Notes under the pieces: generated by a model
Databases searched by the model: none
Seen by the model: only the letters and a program-made list of their open reading frames with translations
What the model was told of the DNA's origin: nothing
Source: Nemertoderma westbladi
Lineage: Eukaryota > Animalia > Xenacoelomorpha
DNA length: 48,603 nt
Assembly: GCA_032718475.1 (NCBI GenBank)
Contig: JAUCBJ010006127.1
Location: 1-48,603 of the forward strand
Direction of reading: 5' to 3'
Made by a program: the position numbers and the translations under genes
Part shown: piece after piece, positions 13,391 through 25,755 of the stretch
Numbering within the stretch: position 1 is the first letter of the stretch
Layout: every line of letters begins with the position of its first letter

Positions 13391-14839
13391 CTAAAAGTAA
13401 AATAATATAATTACCACGGGGTTATGCGAAAATAGCCGGTCAGAGTTATAATAATTAATATTAAGTAACTTATTTTAGGTAGTAAACAATAAATGCGAAA
13501 TGTGAACATTTTCATAAATATTTATTTTACAAAAGAATGTATACTTTCCCCTACTTTACCCTATTTTACGCTGCCCCGTAGCACTGTAGGCAGGGTTTTT
13601 GTGAAACACTGTGAAAATTTTCTGAACGGTTAGAACAAATATAGAAAATCTAAATTTTGTTTAGGAAACCAAAACAATTTTCTCAATGAATTTAGAAAGT
13701 GAAAAGTAAGCCATCATGCAATACTGTTGTATTGCTTGTTTTCTACTTTACTTTTCCTACTGTAAATCCTGCAATCTTAGCCCCCCCCCCCCCCCCCCCA
13801 CCTGTAATTTGGTACTTTGGTAAACTAAAGCCATTTTATTGGGAAGGAATACTCCACATCAGAAAGGGCCAAAAAATAAAAATATGATTTTGGGTTAAAT
13901 GCGTTTAAAGTACTTGTTGTTGAAATTCAATTAAATTCGATTCCAATTATGTTCACAATGCTTTTCTACTTTAGTATCATTTATTATGTTGGCAGAATAA
14001 TTATTAATATTATTTTATCATCATAATTATTAACCAGCCATTATTTTCCTTGAAAAGTGCGAAAGAGATACTATTAAATATTTTGTCATGTAATCCACCA
14101 TTCTGATTCCACAAAACAGGTTGTGAAGAAATAACTAAGTCAAAAAATTTCTTAATGAATTCATTTCATTATAATCCACAATGAATGTTACACTTTAATA
14201 AATCTACTGATTTGGATTTTGGGGCCGTACCAGTAAGCATTACAAAATGCTTAAATTCGAGCCATTGCCACCCTCACCCCCACACCCACTAACTTTTGAA
14301 CTACATCAACAAACGGTTTGAAGTTTTGAAATCCTTATATAAATCAGCACTAGAAGGGATTGTAATTGGAAAGTTGACCCTTTTTTCGAATTAGTGACCC
14401 CCCCCCCCCCCCCCTTCTTAAATCGATGCATTTCATCATTTATATTAATGCACTTTATTTTAAAGACAGGGGGTGACGGGCGGGGGGTGCGGACATATAC
14501 ATCGGCCACTCCAGTAGGATGCATCGCCGACTGACCCCGCAACAGTTAGACCTGCTCAGTTCGCCGTCAGCCACGTACCAGTAACTAGGGGTGTCCCGGA
14601 ATTCCGTTCCGGCCGGAATTCCGGCGGTTTTTGCCCGATTCCGGTTCCGGCCGGAATGGGGTCAATTCCGGCCGGAATTTTACCGGAATTACCAGGTTCC
14701 TAACTGATTTGATAATTGCAATTAGTTTGTTAAATTATTATCAACATTTATATATTTTTTCAACATTATTACCAATTAGTTTAAGATACTTTTCAACACT
14801 TGTAAAAAAGTATATAAACAAAGTTTTCTTTGACCGTTA

Positions 14840-14990
14840 GAGCTAATGCTCCTGGTTAGGCTGATGCACCCTGGTTAGCCCCTTCAATCCATTCGTGCCG
14901 AATCGAAAACTGCCTTGGCCCACATGCTGGGATCGAACCCACGACCTCCAGATAGATTGGAAATCAATGCAACCACTACACCAAAGTGGA
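14840..14990 (-). mobile_element. tRNA-derived SINE head inside the hAT element
   Basis: On -: A-box TGGTGTAGTGG (14983-14973) and B-box GGTTCGATCC (14939-14930). No complete cloverleaf. Confidence 0.6.
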
Positions 14991-15142
14991 ACCTAACTAA
15001 CCTATGTATCGAGGAAAAATTCACAGCCACCCTGTTTATTACCATCTGTAGTATTCATATACAATTCACAATAACCCTTTTAATTTACATTAACTAATTA
15101 AACCCTTTGTCGTTCTGAAGATATTTTATGAAATGCATCATT

Positions 15143-15485
15143 AGGTCCCCGTGCTCCACTGGTAAGGCGTAAGTCGTTTTCAGATTTTGTCTTAGTCAGA
15201 ATGTCAAAATGAATGCCTCCTGGCTCCATTGGTAACACAAGTCATAAGTCATTTGATGTATAAGGTGCGTCTCACATTTACTGCATATTTATACCCAAAG
15301 TAACCAATCACAGGCCTCTTGCCGGATATAACACATGAGTCATATGTAAAAAGATGGAACATGGGACATAATCACAGTCGTAACTTACGATTTACCATTG
15401 GAGACGCTCCCATTGAAACCAATGTGTTCCATAATTTATTCTGTCTTAAGACGACATAAAGACTTACCAGTGGAGACGGTCATTA
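15143..15485. mobile_element. Nested MITE-like element
   Basis: Imperfect TIR ccgtgctccactggtaag ... cttaccagtggagacgg, with internal ctccattggtaa / ttaccattggag echoes. Confidence 0.55.
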
Positions 15486-15529
15486 AATAGGGGTTCTTCC
15501 AATTTGCTTATAAAATGACGTTTTTTAGA

Positions 15530-16275
15530 TTGATTTTACATTATTTTACATTGATCTTACAATATTTTACATTGATTTTTTACATTATTTTACATTGATT
15601 TTTTACATTATTTTACATTGAATTGAAATTATTTTAAATAGAATTGAAATTATTTTAAATAGAATTTAAATTATTTTACATTGAATTTAAATTATTTTAC
15701 ATTGAATTTAAATTATTTTACATTGAATTTAAAATATTTTACATTGAATTTAAATTATTTTACATTGAATTTAAATTATTTTACATTGAATTTAAAATAT
15801 TTTACATTGAATTTAAATTATTTTACATTGAATTTAAATTATTTTACATTGAATTTAAATTATTTTACATTGAATTTAAATTATTTTACATTGAATTTAA
15901 AATATTTTACATTGAATTTAAATTATTTTACATTGAATTTAAATTATTTTACATTGAATTTAAATTATTTTACATTGAATTTAAATTATTTTACATTGAA
16001 TTTAAATTATTTTACATTGAATTTAAATTATTTTACATTGAATTTAAAATATTTTACATTGAATTTAAATTATTTTACATTGAATTTAAATTATTTTACA
16101 TTGAATTTAAATCATTTCACATTGAATTTAAATTATTTTACAGTGAATTTAAAATATTTTACATTGAATTTAAATTATTTTACATTGAATTTAAATTATT
16201 TTACATTGAATTTAAATTATTTTACATTGAATTTATATAATTTATCATTGATTTATATTATTTTTACTTTGAATT
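15530..16275. repeat. 21-bp AT-rich minisatellite (ttgaatttaaattattttaca)n
   Basis: About 26 near-perfect units in 15681-16230, with degenerate units on both sides. Confidence 0.97.
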
Positions 16276-17269
16276 AATTATTAAATAATATGAAAATACT
16301 ATGTTTGGTAATGTCCAACATAACATATAGGATTACCCCTAAAGCTTTGCAGCTTATTTCCAAGGGGGTCCTTTATGTTACTTGGTTACAAATACAATAT
16401 TACACTACTTTAACCTAAAACCAATATAAAACGTAATTACACTACATACAGGTCCTGCGAGTTGTCGTTAGTTTAGTCCTGCGTCGTAGGTGTTGCATAA
16501 TGCAGTAGTTTTTTTTCTATTTACAGCAAATCTGTAAATCTGTAACATGCTCCTTTCCCTTAAAAACACCAGGATATTGCACTAAAGGACCTAATGACGC
16601 GAAACCCCATTAGGTTTTTGGTTAACGTAGGTTTTTAGGTATGAGTCTAAATGCTAAAAACCTAACTTTTAGCCAAGGTTATAGATTTTAGAAAAAAATT
16701 ATATTGAATTCCCTGCCATTCAATGCCGAAGTACCATCCCGTCCCCATAATAGGCCATAACGGGCCAGGCCATTCTCCACTCCACCCACCTCAATTCCCC
16801 CAAGGTTCTGATTCATCTCATTATCAAACTTAGCTTTAGAAATTAAAAAAAATTCATTTGTTTCACAACAAAATTATAAAGTTTCATGGGTCATTTAGTG
16901 TATTTCACTAATTATAGAAAATTCCGGTTCCGGCCGGAATTCCGGACGGAATATTCCGGCATGTTGAATTCCGCTTCGGTTCCGGCCGGAATCAAAATAT
17001 CGATTCCGGGACATCCCTGCCAGTAACCACAGCATTCATCGCCATTATCTAGACCCGTTGTCATTCAGGAATGTCAATGACTGACAACCAGGTTTCCTCT
17101 CGCCCGCCGCGACTACCAAAGAACAAGATCATGCTCAGGTTGGTCAATTCTACGATGGCAGTGGCCAGCTAGACACATCCGTGGTGCCTGCAGGATGCAC
17201 CTGGATTTTGGTGAAAAGGTTTTATCTTTGCCCGTAACACCGGTAAGAATAATCACAATTCAGACCCAC

Positions 17270-17377
17270 TTGTTGTTTAAGATGCTCCCTATCTTTTTCC
17301 AGTAGATAAGTGACGTCATCACCTTGTGCTTGATCTTGTGCATGTTTCTGTTTCTCTTCTTGTAATGTCGCCACAAC
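17270..17377 (-). CDS. CTTNBP2NL: CTTNBP2NL-family gene, exon 3 (36 aa; absent from the ORF track)
   Basis: Acceptor tttttattattag|GTT. VVATLQEEKQKHAQDQAQGDDVTYLLEKDREHLKQQ is close to the family signature VILDLEEERQRHAQDTAEGDDVTYMLEKERERLTQQ. Donor CAA|GTGGGT. Confidence 0.95.
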
Positions 17378-17660
17378 CTAATAATAAAAAAACAGGGTAA
17401 TTTTTGTTTCAATACTTAGAAAACTACTAATCTACTAAAAATCTACTAAAATCTAACTAAAAAATACTAATCTAACAAAAACAATAGGCCCCTAACGAAA
17501 GTCAAGAATATATATATACACACCACAAAAGTTTAAAATGCATGTTTGGAACGGACAGTTAGACCTACATAAGTCACATAAGTGAAATAATAAGATAAAA
17601 GTTAAACGTAAATTGAAGGGTTCTAGGAAAGTTCGTAGACTGTACAGTACAATAGCCTCT

Positions 17661-17812
17661 CGGATGCGGACAGCTGCACCCAGCAGCAGCAGCACCCCCC
17701 CCCCCCCCCGAGGCGGACAGTAGCACACCACCCCACCCGGACAGTAGCACCCCCCACCCCACCCGGACGCGCGGACAGTAGCCCCCCCCCCCCCGGACGC
17801 GGACAGTAGCAA
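17661..17812. repeat. gcggacagtagc + poly-C repeats, probably a DNA-transposon end
   Basis: Five cggacag(t/c) words separated by C-runs, starting at cggatgcggacag. Confidence 0.5.
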
Positions 17813-17978
17813 ACTAATTTGACAAAATGAATTACAAACAATAATTTGAAATATTCATACATTTGACCTGACATCAAACATTCGTCAATACAATTAGCTA
17901 TTCAAATTCTAGAATTTTAGTTAAATAAAAAATAACAAATAAATATTAAGACTTGAATTGGTTACTACTAATCATCCT

Positions 17979-20900
17979 TAATAGTAATAATAATAGCGCC
18001 CTATGTTCTAGACGCTTAAAAAAGGAGCTGCAGTGAGCAATTCAAATATTACGGCTCTCTATCTACCAAGCAAACATGGCGACCCAAAAGAGACTCCTCT
18101 TTGAATTCGATAGCTGCTACCCGAGGGTAGGGGTGGGCGCTACTCCTATCTGCTACCCGAAGGTATAGGGGTGGGCGCTACTCCTATCTGCTACCCGAAG
18201 GTAGGGGTGGGTGCGACTCCTATCTGCTACCCGAGGGTAGGGGTGGGCGCTACTCCTATCTGCTACCCGAGGGTAGGGGTGGGCGCTACTCCTATCTGCT
18301 ACCCGAAGGTATAGGGGTGGGCGCTACTCCTATCTGCTACCCGAAGGTATAGGGGTGGGCGCTACTCCTATCTGCTACCCGAAGGTATAGGGGTGGGCGC
18401 TACTCCTATCTGCTACCCGAAGGTATAGGGGTGGGCGCTACTCCTATCTGCTACCCGAAGGTAGGGGTGGGTGCGACTCCTATCTGCTACCCGAGGGTAG
18501 GGGTGGGCGCTACTCCTATCTGCTACCCGAGGGTAGGGGTGGGCGCTACTCCTATCTGCTACCCGAAGGTATAGGGGTGGGCGCTACTCCTATCTGCTAC
18601 CCGAAGGTATAGGGGTGGGCGCTACTCCTATCTGCTACCCGAAGGTATAGGGGTGGGCGCTACTCCTATCTGCTACCCGAGGGTAGGGGTAGGCGCTACT
18701 CCTATCTGCTACCCGAAGATATAGGGGTCGGCGCTAATCCTATCTGCTACCCGAGGTAGGGGTGGGCGCTAATCCTATCTGCTACCCGAAGGTATAGGGG
18801 TGGGCGCTACTCCTATCTGCTACCCGAGGGTAGGGGTGGGCGCTACTCCTATCTGCTACCCTAAGGTAGGGGTGGGCGCTACTCCTATCTGCTACCCGAG
18901 GGTAGGGGTGGGCGCTACTCCTATCTGCTACCCGAGGGTAGGGGTGGGCGCTACTCCTATCTGCTACCCGAAGGTATAGGGGTGGGCGCTAATCCTATCT
19001 GCTACCCGAGGTAGGGGTGGGCGCTAATCCTATCTGCTACCCGAAGGTATAGGGGTGGGCGCTACTCCTATCTGCTACCCGAGGGTAGGGGTGGGCGCTA
19101 CTCCTATCTGCTACCCTAAGGTAGGGGTGGGCGCTACTCCTATCTACTACCCGAGGGTAGGGGTGGGCGCTACTCCTATCTGCTACCCGAGGGTAGGGGT
19201 GGGCGCTACTCCTATCTGCTACCCGAGGGTAGGGGTGGGCGCTACTCCTATCTGCTACCCGAAGGTATAGGGGTGGGCGCTAATCCTATCTGTTACCCGA
19301 GGGTAGGGGTGGGCGCTACTCCTATCTGCTACCCGAGGGTAGGGGTGGACGCTACTCCTATCTGCTACCCGAAGGTAGGGGTTGGCGATACTCATATCTG
19401 CTACCCGAGGGTAGGGGTGGGCGCTACTCCTATCTGCTACCCGAGGGTAGGGGTGGGCGCTACTCCTATCTGCTACCCGAGGGTAGGGGTGGGCGCTACT
19501 CTTATCTGCTACCCGAAGGTATAGGGGTGGGCGCTAATCCATCTGCTACCCGAGGGTAGGGGTGGGCCCTATTCCTATCTTCTACCCGGAGGTAGGGGTG
19601 GGCGCTACTCCTATCTGCTATGCGAGGGTAGGGGTGGGCGCTACTACTATCTGCTACCCTAAGGTAGGGGTGGGCGCTACTCCTATCTGCTACCCGAGGG
19701 TAGGGGTGGGCGCTACTCCTATCTGCTACCCGAGGGTAGGGGTGGGCGCTACTCCTATCTGCTACCCGAAGGTATAGGGGTGGGCGCTAATCCTATCTGC
19801 TACCCGAGGTAGGGGTGGGCGCTAATCCTATCTGCTACCCGAAGGTATAGGGGTGGGCGCTACTCCTATCTGCTACCCGAGGGTAGGGGTGGGCGCTACT
19901 CCTATCTGCTACCCTAAGGTAGGGGTGGGCGCTACTCCTATCTGCTACCCGAGGGTAGGGGTGGGCGCTACTCCTATCTGCTACCCGAGGGTAGGGGTGG
20001 GCGCTACTCCTATCTGCTACCCGAGGGTAGGGGTGGGCGCTACTCCTATCTGCTACCCGAAGGTATAGGGGTGGGCGCTAATCCTATCTGTTACCCGAGG
20101 GTAGGGGTGGGCGCTACTCCTATCTGCTACCCGAGGGTAGGGGTGGACGCTACTCCTATCTGCTACCCGAAGGTAGGGGTTGGCGATACTCATATCTGCT
20201 ACCCGAGGGTAGGGGTGGGCGCTACTCCTATCTGCTACCCGAGGGTAGGGGTGGGCGCTACTCCTATCTGCTACCCGAGGGTAGGGGTGGGCGCTACTCC
20301 TATCTGCTACCCGAAGGTATAGGGGTGGGCGCTAATCCTATCTGCTACCCGAGGGTAGGGGTGGGCCCTATTCCTATCTTCTACCCGAAGGTAGGGGTGG
20401 GCGCTACTCCTATCTGCTATGCGAGGGTAGGGGTGGGCGCTACTCCTATCTGCTACCCGAGGGTAGGGGTGGGCGCTACTACTATCTGCTACCCGAGGGT
20501 AGGGGTTGGCGCTACTCCTATCTGCGACCCGAGGGTAGGGGTGGGCGCTACTCCTATCTGCTACCCGAGGGTAGGGGTGGGCGCTACTCCTATCTGCTAC
20601 CCGAGGGTAGGGGTGGGCGCTACTCCTATCTGCTACCCGAAGGTATAGGGGTGGGCGCTACTCCTATCTGCTACCCGAGGGTAGGGGTGGGCGCTACTCC
20701 TATCTGCTACCCGAGGGTAGGGGTTGGCGCTACTACTATCTGCCACCCGAAGGTAGGGGTGGGCGCTACTCATATCTGCTACCCGAGGGTAGGGGTGGGC
20801 GCTACTCCTATCTGCTACCCGAGGGTAGGGGTGGGCGCTACTCCTATCTGCTACCCGAGGGTAGGGGTGGCGCTACTCCTATCTGCTACCCGAGGGTAGG

Positions 20901-21208
20901 GGTGGGCCCTATTCCTATCTTCTACCCGAAGGTAGGGGTGGGCGCTACTCCTATCTGCTATGCGAGGGTAGGGGTGGGCGCTACTACTATCTGCTACCCG
21001 AGGGTAGGGGTGGGCGCTACTCATATCTGCTACCCGAGGGTAGGGGTGGGCGCTACTCATATCTGCTACCCGAGTGTAGGAGTGGGCGCTACTCCTATCC
21101 CTTGCTTTGATCCCAGTAATTTACCAGGTTTATCGACTCCAGTGGATGAAAGGCTGAGTGGACCGGATCCTGGCGGGGCTGAACTTACAACCAACAGATT
21201 GTAGACCC
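17979..21208 (-). mobile_element. tRNA-derived SINE (Meta-domain-like core) with an internally expanded minisatellite
   Basis: On -: degenerate B-box (aagttcagccc ~21185), then ccactcagcctttcatccactggagtcgataaa (21164-21129), which resembles the conserved central domain of MetaSINE-type SINEs as I recall it. After the array comes a LINE-like tail aagcgtctagaacatagggcgc(tat)n at 18022-17979. Confidence 0.6.
18114..21099. repeat. 36/38-bp G-rich minisatellite, ~82 units (~3 kb)
   Basis: Unit ctgctacccgagggtaggggtgggcgctactcctat. The 38-bp variant has gaaggtatagggg. Confidence 0.98.
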
Positions 21209-21667
21209 GGCGCTCAACCTGAAGACTAAATTCTTTCGAGCCACAGTGGAAAGTGTATTTTTATACGGGGGTGAGACCTGGACACTAACGAAATCACTTG
21301 AACAACGAATTGATGGTTGCTACACAAGACTACAAAGGGCAGCCCTAAACATCAGCTGGAGACAACACATGACAAATGCCGAGCTTTATGGTACAATACC
21401 ACCTGTATCAACCACCCTCCGTGAACGCAGATTAAGATTCAGTGGGCACTGCTGGCGAAGTAAAGACGAGGTCATACCAGATCTACTTTTCTGGCAACCA
21501 ACTCATGGAAAACGTAGTCGTGGACGACCGGCCATAACATATATAGATCAACTTGAAAGGGATACTGAACTTGGGAGAAACGAAATTGCGACAACTATGG
21601 AGAATCGGGAAGCCTGGAAGGATCTAATTTCCACTGTCCGAGTTCGCTCGACCTAGTAGTAGTAGTA
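21209..21667 (+). mobile_element. 5'-truncated RTE-clade LINE (ORF2 C-terminus), (TAG)n tail
   Basis: FFRATVESVFLYGGETWTLTK..DGCYTRLQR..RRLRFSGHCWR..WQPTHGKRSRGRP, typical of the RTE post-RT region. The stop codon runs into tagtagtagtag. Confidence 0.92.
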
Positions 21668-21689
21668 ATTCATTTAAATATAATATCAC

Positions 21690-21923
21690 CTGATCATGCT
21701 GCTGCTGTAGAAAACCTAGTTGCTCCGCCATGTTCCTTTGAATTTCGTGGTGTTTGCGAAGAAAATTATCCAAATACTCGGTAGATGGCGTATCGGATTC
21801 CACGCACGCCGATCCCGTAGAAGGATGGCCGTAGGTAACAACGTCCCGATGTAATGCGTGTACCGGTTCCGTAAACATTCTCCCGTATCTTTTACGAGTC
21901 ATTTGCATGCGAACTTTATCATG
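21690..21923 (-). CDS. CTTNBP2NL: CTTNBP2NL-family gene, exon 2 (78 aa)
   Basis: Acceptor tttatttacag|CAT. KRYGRMFTEPVHALHRD resembles the family ERYGKYNISDPLMALQRD, and QRNMAEQL resembles QERMLSQL. Donor CAG|GTGATA, phase 0. Confidence 0.88.
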
Positions 21924-23474
21924 CTGTAAATAAAATAAACATCTAAAGGTACCTGTACGCAATATTACTTTCATTAAATAATATATATCGGACAGCCGAT
22001 ATTTATTTATTTAGTATATATGAATTAATGGTATAAATTATAGATTCCTTCCACATTTTTCCACTTCTGAACAAAAAAAAACATTATTAAATCTTATAAG
22101 CTTATTTTATTGTCAGATAAATTAATGAGGTAAAACACAAAATCAAATATATAGTCCTTTAAACTGTACAAAGAAACTCAAAAAGTTATTAAACCAGTTA
22201 TCCTTTCAATCATCCGGAACAAATTGACAGCAGATTTAAAATGCCCTTGGACATTTTCTATTCATTTTTTTTATTTAGTGTTTTAAAATTAAGACATATG
22301 TTATCCGTATAATTAACAAGTTTTTAAAAAGTAAAAATTTCTAATAAATAACAAAAACTAATACTAATTGCAATATTAACATTAAAATTTTTCAGTTTCT
22401 TGAAGGTAGCATTCCGAGTGTTTATTTCGAACAAATTAGAAGAGAAAGTAAAACAAATTAACTTCATATAAAATGTATATATCATATATAATGTATTTGA
22501 GCACCGGTGCTCAACTTATAGCCTCCGCACTAAGCACTAAGGGCTAACCAAGCCAAAATAGCTCCGCACTATAGGGTTGCACAGGTTATGTTCACCGGTG
22601 CTCAATCCGCAGTTAGAAGTTGACGGGAGTAATACCTGCTTCAGTGAAGTTAAAACGGCTATGCATGATGTGCCACGAACGAATGAACCACGAATTATTT
22701 TTTGCGTGGAGTGGAAGCATTCGTATCACATGTGCCACGATCCACGAATGATGAGCCACGAATATATTGACAAGTGAAATCTCACATGCGATACGAATAG
22801 GGTCATTCCATGCTAATTCGACCAATCGGTGTGGCAAGGGTCGGAAATTTTTGACGAAATTTTAACCACTTATCAATTCTAGTGAAAAAACGATGTGGTG
22901 AAAATTTCAGCCGATTTGGTTTAGCCATTCTCGAAATATTGATGTTTTAAATTTGGCGAAATTCCAAAAACCAGTGAAGTACATTATTTGAAGTGGTGTC
23001 TACAGTTGATCTGATTATCAGTTTAATGTTAATTGTATGTGATTCTAAATAAACGATGCCTGAACTTCAATATTTTTATTACTAAATGAATAAACTATTA
23101 ATCAGAAAGTTGTCAGACGATTTCAAAGTTGCCTCGAAAATGCGAATTTTTGAAAAATGTCCACATTTGAGACCTCAGTACATTAGTCTGACAACTAGTT
23201 TATCTGTTATTTTAGTTTTCCCGGTTAGAGTGACTCATACTGATTCGAATCATATAACTTTAGGAGGTAAACTGATAATCAGATAGTCTGTATGACTGAA
23301 TATCTGGGTGAAGAATTTGAAAAATGTCAAAAAATGCAATATTGGAGGCTCTGGTGGAGAGCTCTGATTAAAGCTATGTTCATGAGCTTTTTTACCTGAT
23401 ATCTTTGACACAAAATGAGCGCCATGTCAAAATTTGAAGAGTAAACTAGATGTTCTAGAGTGTGTATGACTCAT

Positions 23475-25238
23475 TTTAAAATTCTAATAAATTACAATTT
23501 TAAATGGTCCTCAAGGTGGTCTGACAATTAGTTTTTTGATAAAAATACATTTTTTCAAACGATAGGTATCCGGGCAGAAGACTATATTTCAAAATTTAAA
23601 GCAAAAACGAACAGTCAGACCCATTATCTGACCTACTATTGAATTATTTCGAGAAGTATCTGATCACGTGATGCTCGAATTCTCGCTCGCTCGATATAAA
23701 TCGATGTTATCCAACTATTATTATAATATAACAGTATAACAATACATTAATACGAAATATAAATCAAAACAGCCAGACAAACAAAATATAATTCGTTTTA
23801 GATGTTAAGTAATAGTTGGCCAAATAATAATTAAAATTAATTAAAAATGCCGCAATACGGCAAGTTTTGGTAAACAGATACATTTTTCAAACGATGTAAT
23901 AATGACAAAAATACGTCGTAATATAATACAACAACAGCCAGACACATATATTATTAGTTCGGATTAGTATAAGAAATTAATTAGGCCCCTAGTATAAAAA
24001 TCACAGCTGCTCATTGGCCCAGAGCCGATTGCCTGTATGATGAGGCCTACTCTACTATGCTAAGTTAAGTGGGGTATCACAATAAAAAAAATATTAAATT
24101 CGAATAGTACAGTACATATAAATTTATCCGAACAGTATAAGGCCTTAATGAACTACACAATTCTCTAGTGTGACCTTCATTTATGAACTGATCAACAGTA
24201 CTGGTATATAAATTTTGGTCGGTTATTGCACAACAATATTGATAGTTTTTGTAACATGTACATATATTTTTCAATGATATACGGTAATTAATACGGTGAT
24301 AATTTACTTAACTACTCTTAAGCTGAACTAGTTTTATTGTTATATTTTGAAAATTGTAATTTTTTATGTATTAATTACCGTATATCATTGAAAAATATAT
24401 GTACATGTTACAAAAACTATAAACTATATATAGTATTGATAAAGTATAATATAAAACTATAAAGTATTGTTGTGCAATAACCGACCAAAATTTATATACC
24501 AGTACTGTTGATCAGTTCATAAATGAAGGTCACACTAGAGAATTGTGTAGTTCATTAAGGCATTATATTGTTCGGATAAATTTACATGTAGTGTACTATT
24601 AGAATTTAATATTTTTTTTATTGTGATACCCCACTTAACTTAGCATAGTAGAGTAGGCCTCATCATACAGGCATTCGGCTCTGCCCTCTGGGCCAATGAG
24701 CAGCTGTTATTTTTATAGTAGGGGCCTAATTAATTTCTTATACTAATCCGAACTAATAATATATGTGTCTGGCTGTTGTTGTTTTATATTATGACGTATT
24801 TTTGTCATTATTACATCGTTGGAAAAATGTATCCGTTTACCAAAACTTTCCATATTGCGGCATTTTTAATTAATTTTAATTATTATTTGGCCTACTATTA
24901 CTTAATATCAAACACGAATTATATTTTGTTTGTCTGGCTGTTTTGATTTATATTTCGAATTAATGTATTGTTATACTGTTAGGCCTATATTATAATAATA
25001 GTTGGATAAAATCGATTTATATCGAGCGAGCGAGAATTCGAGCAGCACGTGATCAGATACTTACTCGAAATAATTCAATAGTAGGTCAGATAATGGGTCT
25101 GACTGTTAGTTTTTGCTTTAAATTTTGAAACATAATCTTCTGCCCGGATATCGTTTGAAAAAATGTATTTTTATCAAAAAACCAATTGTCAGACCACCTT
25201 GAGGACCATTTAAAATTTTAATTTATTAGAATTTTAAA
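23475..25238. repeat. Long inverted duplication (arms ~23475-24294 and ~24369-25238, ~74-bp spacer)
   Basis: The arms are reverse complements with scattered substitutions, e.g. cagacccattatctgacctactattgaatt vs aattcaatagtaggtcagataatgggtctg. The right arm has a ~40-bp insertion near 24421-24462. Confidence 0.97.
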
Positions 25239-25755
25239 GTAAAGTATTTACTATACGCATTCGTTACCTAAATTATTCGGACTGACGAACCACTGACGAA
25301 GGCTTTAACGAATCTTAAATAACATTCCACCCCACGCACCTTTCAGCCTTTTACGAATGTTGCATGTGGCACTAATGCGTTACGCATGGGGATTTTTTAC
25401 TGGGTATAATTTGTTATAAATATTTGGACTGGAAATAAAAATTGTATAGGTAATCATGTACCGGTACTGAAATAGTTTACTAACATTGCCGAAGTTGTCA
25501 GTATACTGTCGGTTTGTGATTTTACCTGTCGGTTTGTGTCTTTTGTTGTCGGTGGTAGTCGGTCAGTCGGTGGTATGCGAAAGGTGTCGGTGGTTGTTGG
25601 TGGCGTATTTAGTCAAACCCTGCTGGCATGGCCTTACAATGTACAATCCCGGTTTACCGTTTACAGGTTTACCCTATTATATAATCTGATAATAGGCCTA
25701 CAAAACTCTGTGCTCCGACTGTCTGAAACTGCCAGGCTGTTTCGGGATCACTAAC

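Larger units (their letters stand above)
14586..17019 (+). mobile_element. Non-autonomous hAT transposon (2434 bp) with nested repeats
   Basis: TIR TAGGGGTGTCCCGGAAT / ATTCCGGGACATCCCTG. Perfect 8-bp TSD CCAGTAAC at 14578-14585 and 17020-17027. Subterminal ccggaattccgg motifs. Confidence 0.93.

Noticed and set aside
14915-14990. Functional tRNA gene
   Set aside because: A and B boxes are present but there are no proper acceptor or anticodon stems, so it is treated as a SINE head.
15681-16277. 198-aa (LNLNYFT)n ORF
   Set aside because: Translation of a 21-bp satellite inside a transposon, with a non-ATG start.
19055-21204. (GATPICYPRVGV)n ORFs
   Set aside because: Products of the 36-bp minisatellite, repeatedly broken by 38-bp and 35-bp units.
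22798-23636. Single MITE bounded by TAGGGTCA...TGACCTA
   Set aside because: End similarity is only ~7 bp, so a TIR pair cannot be established, although the sequence looks repeat-derived.
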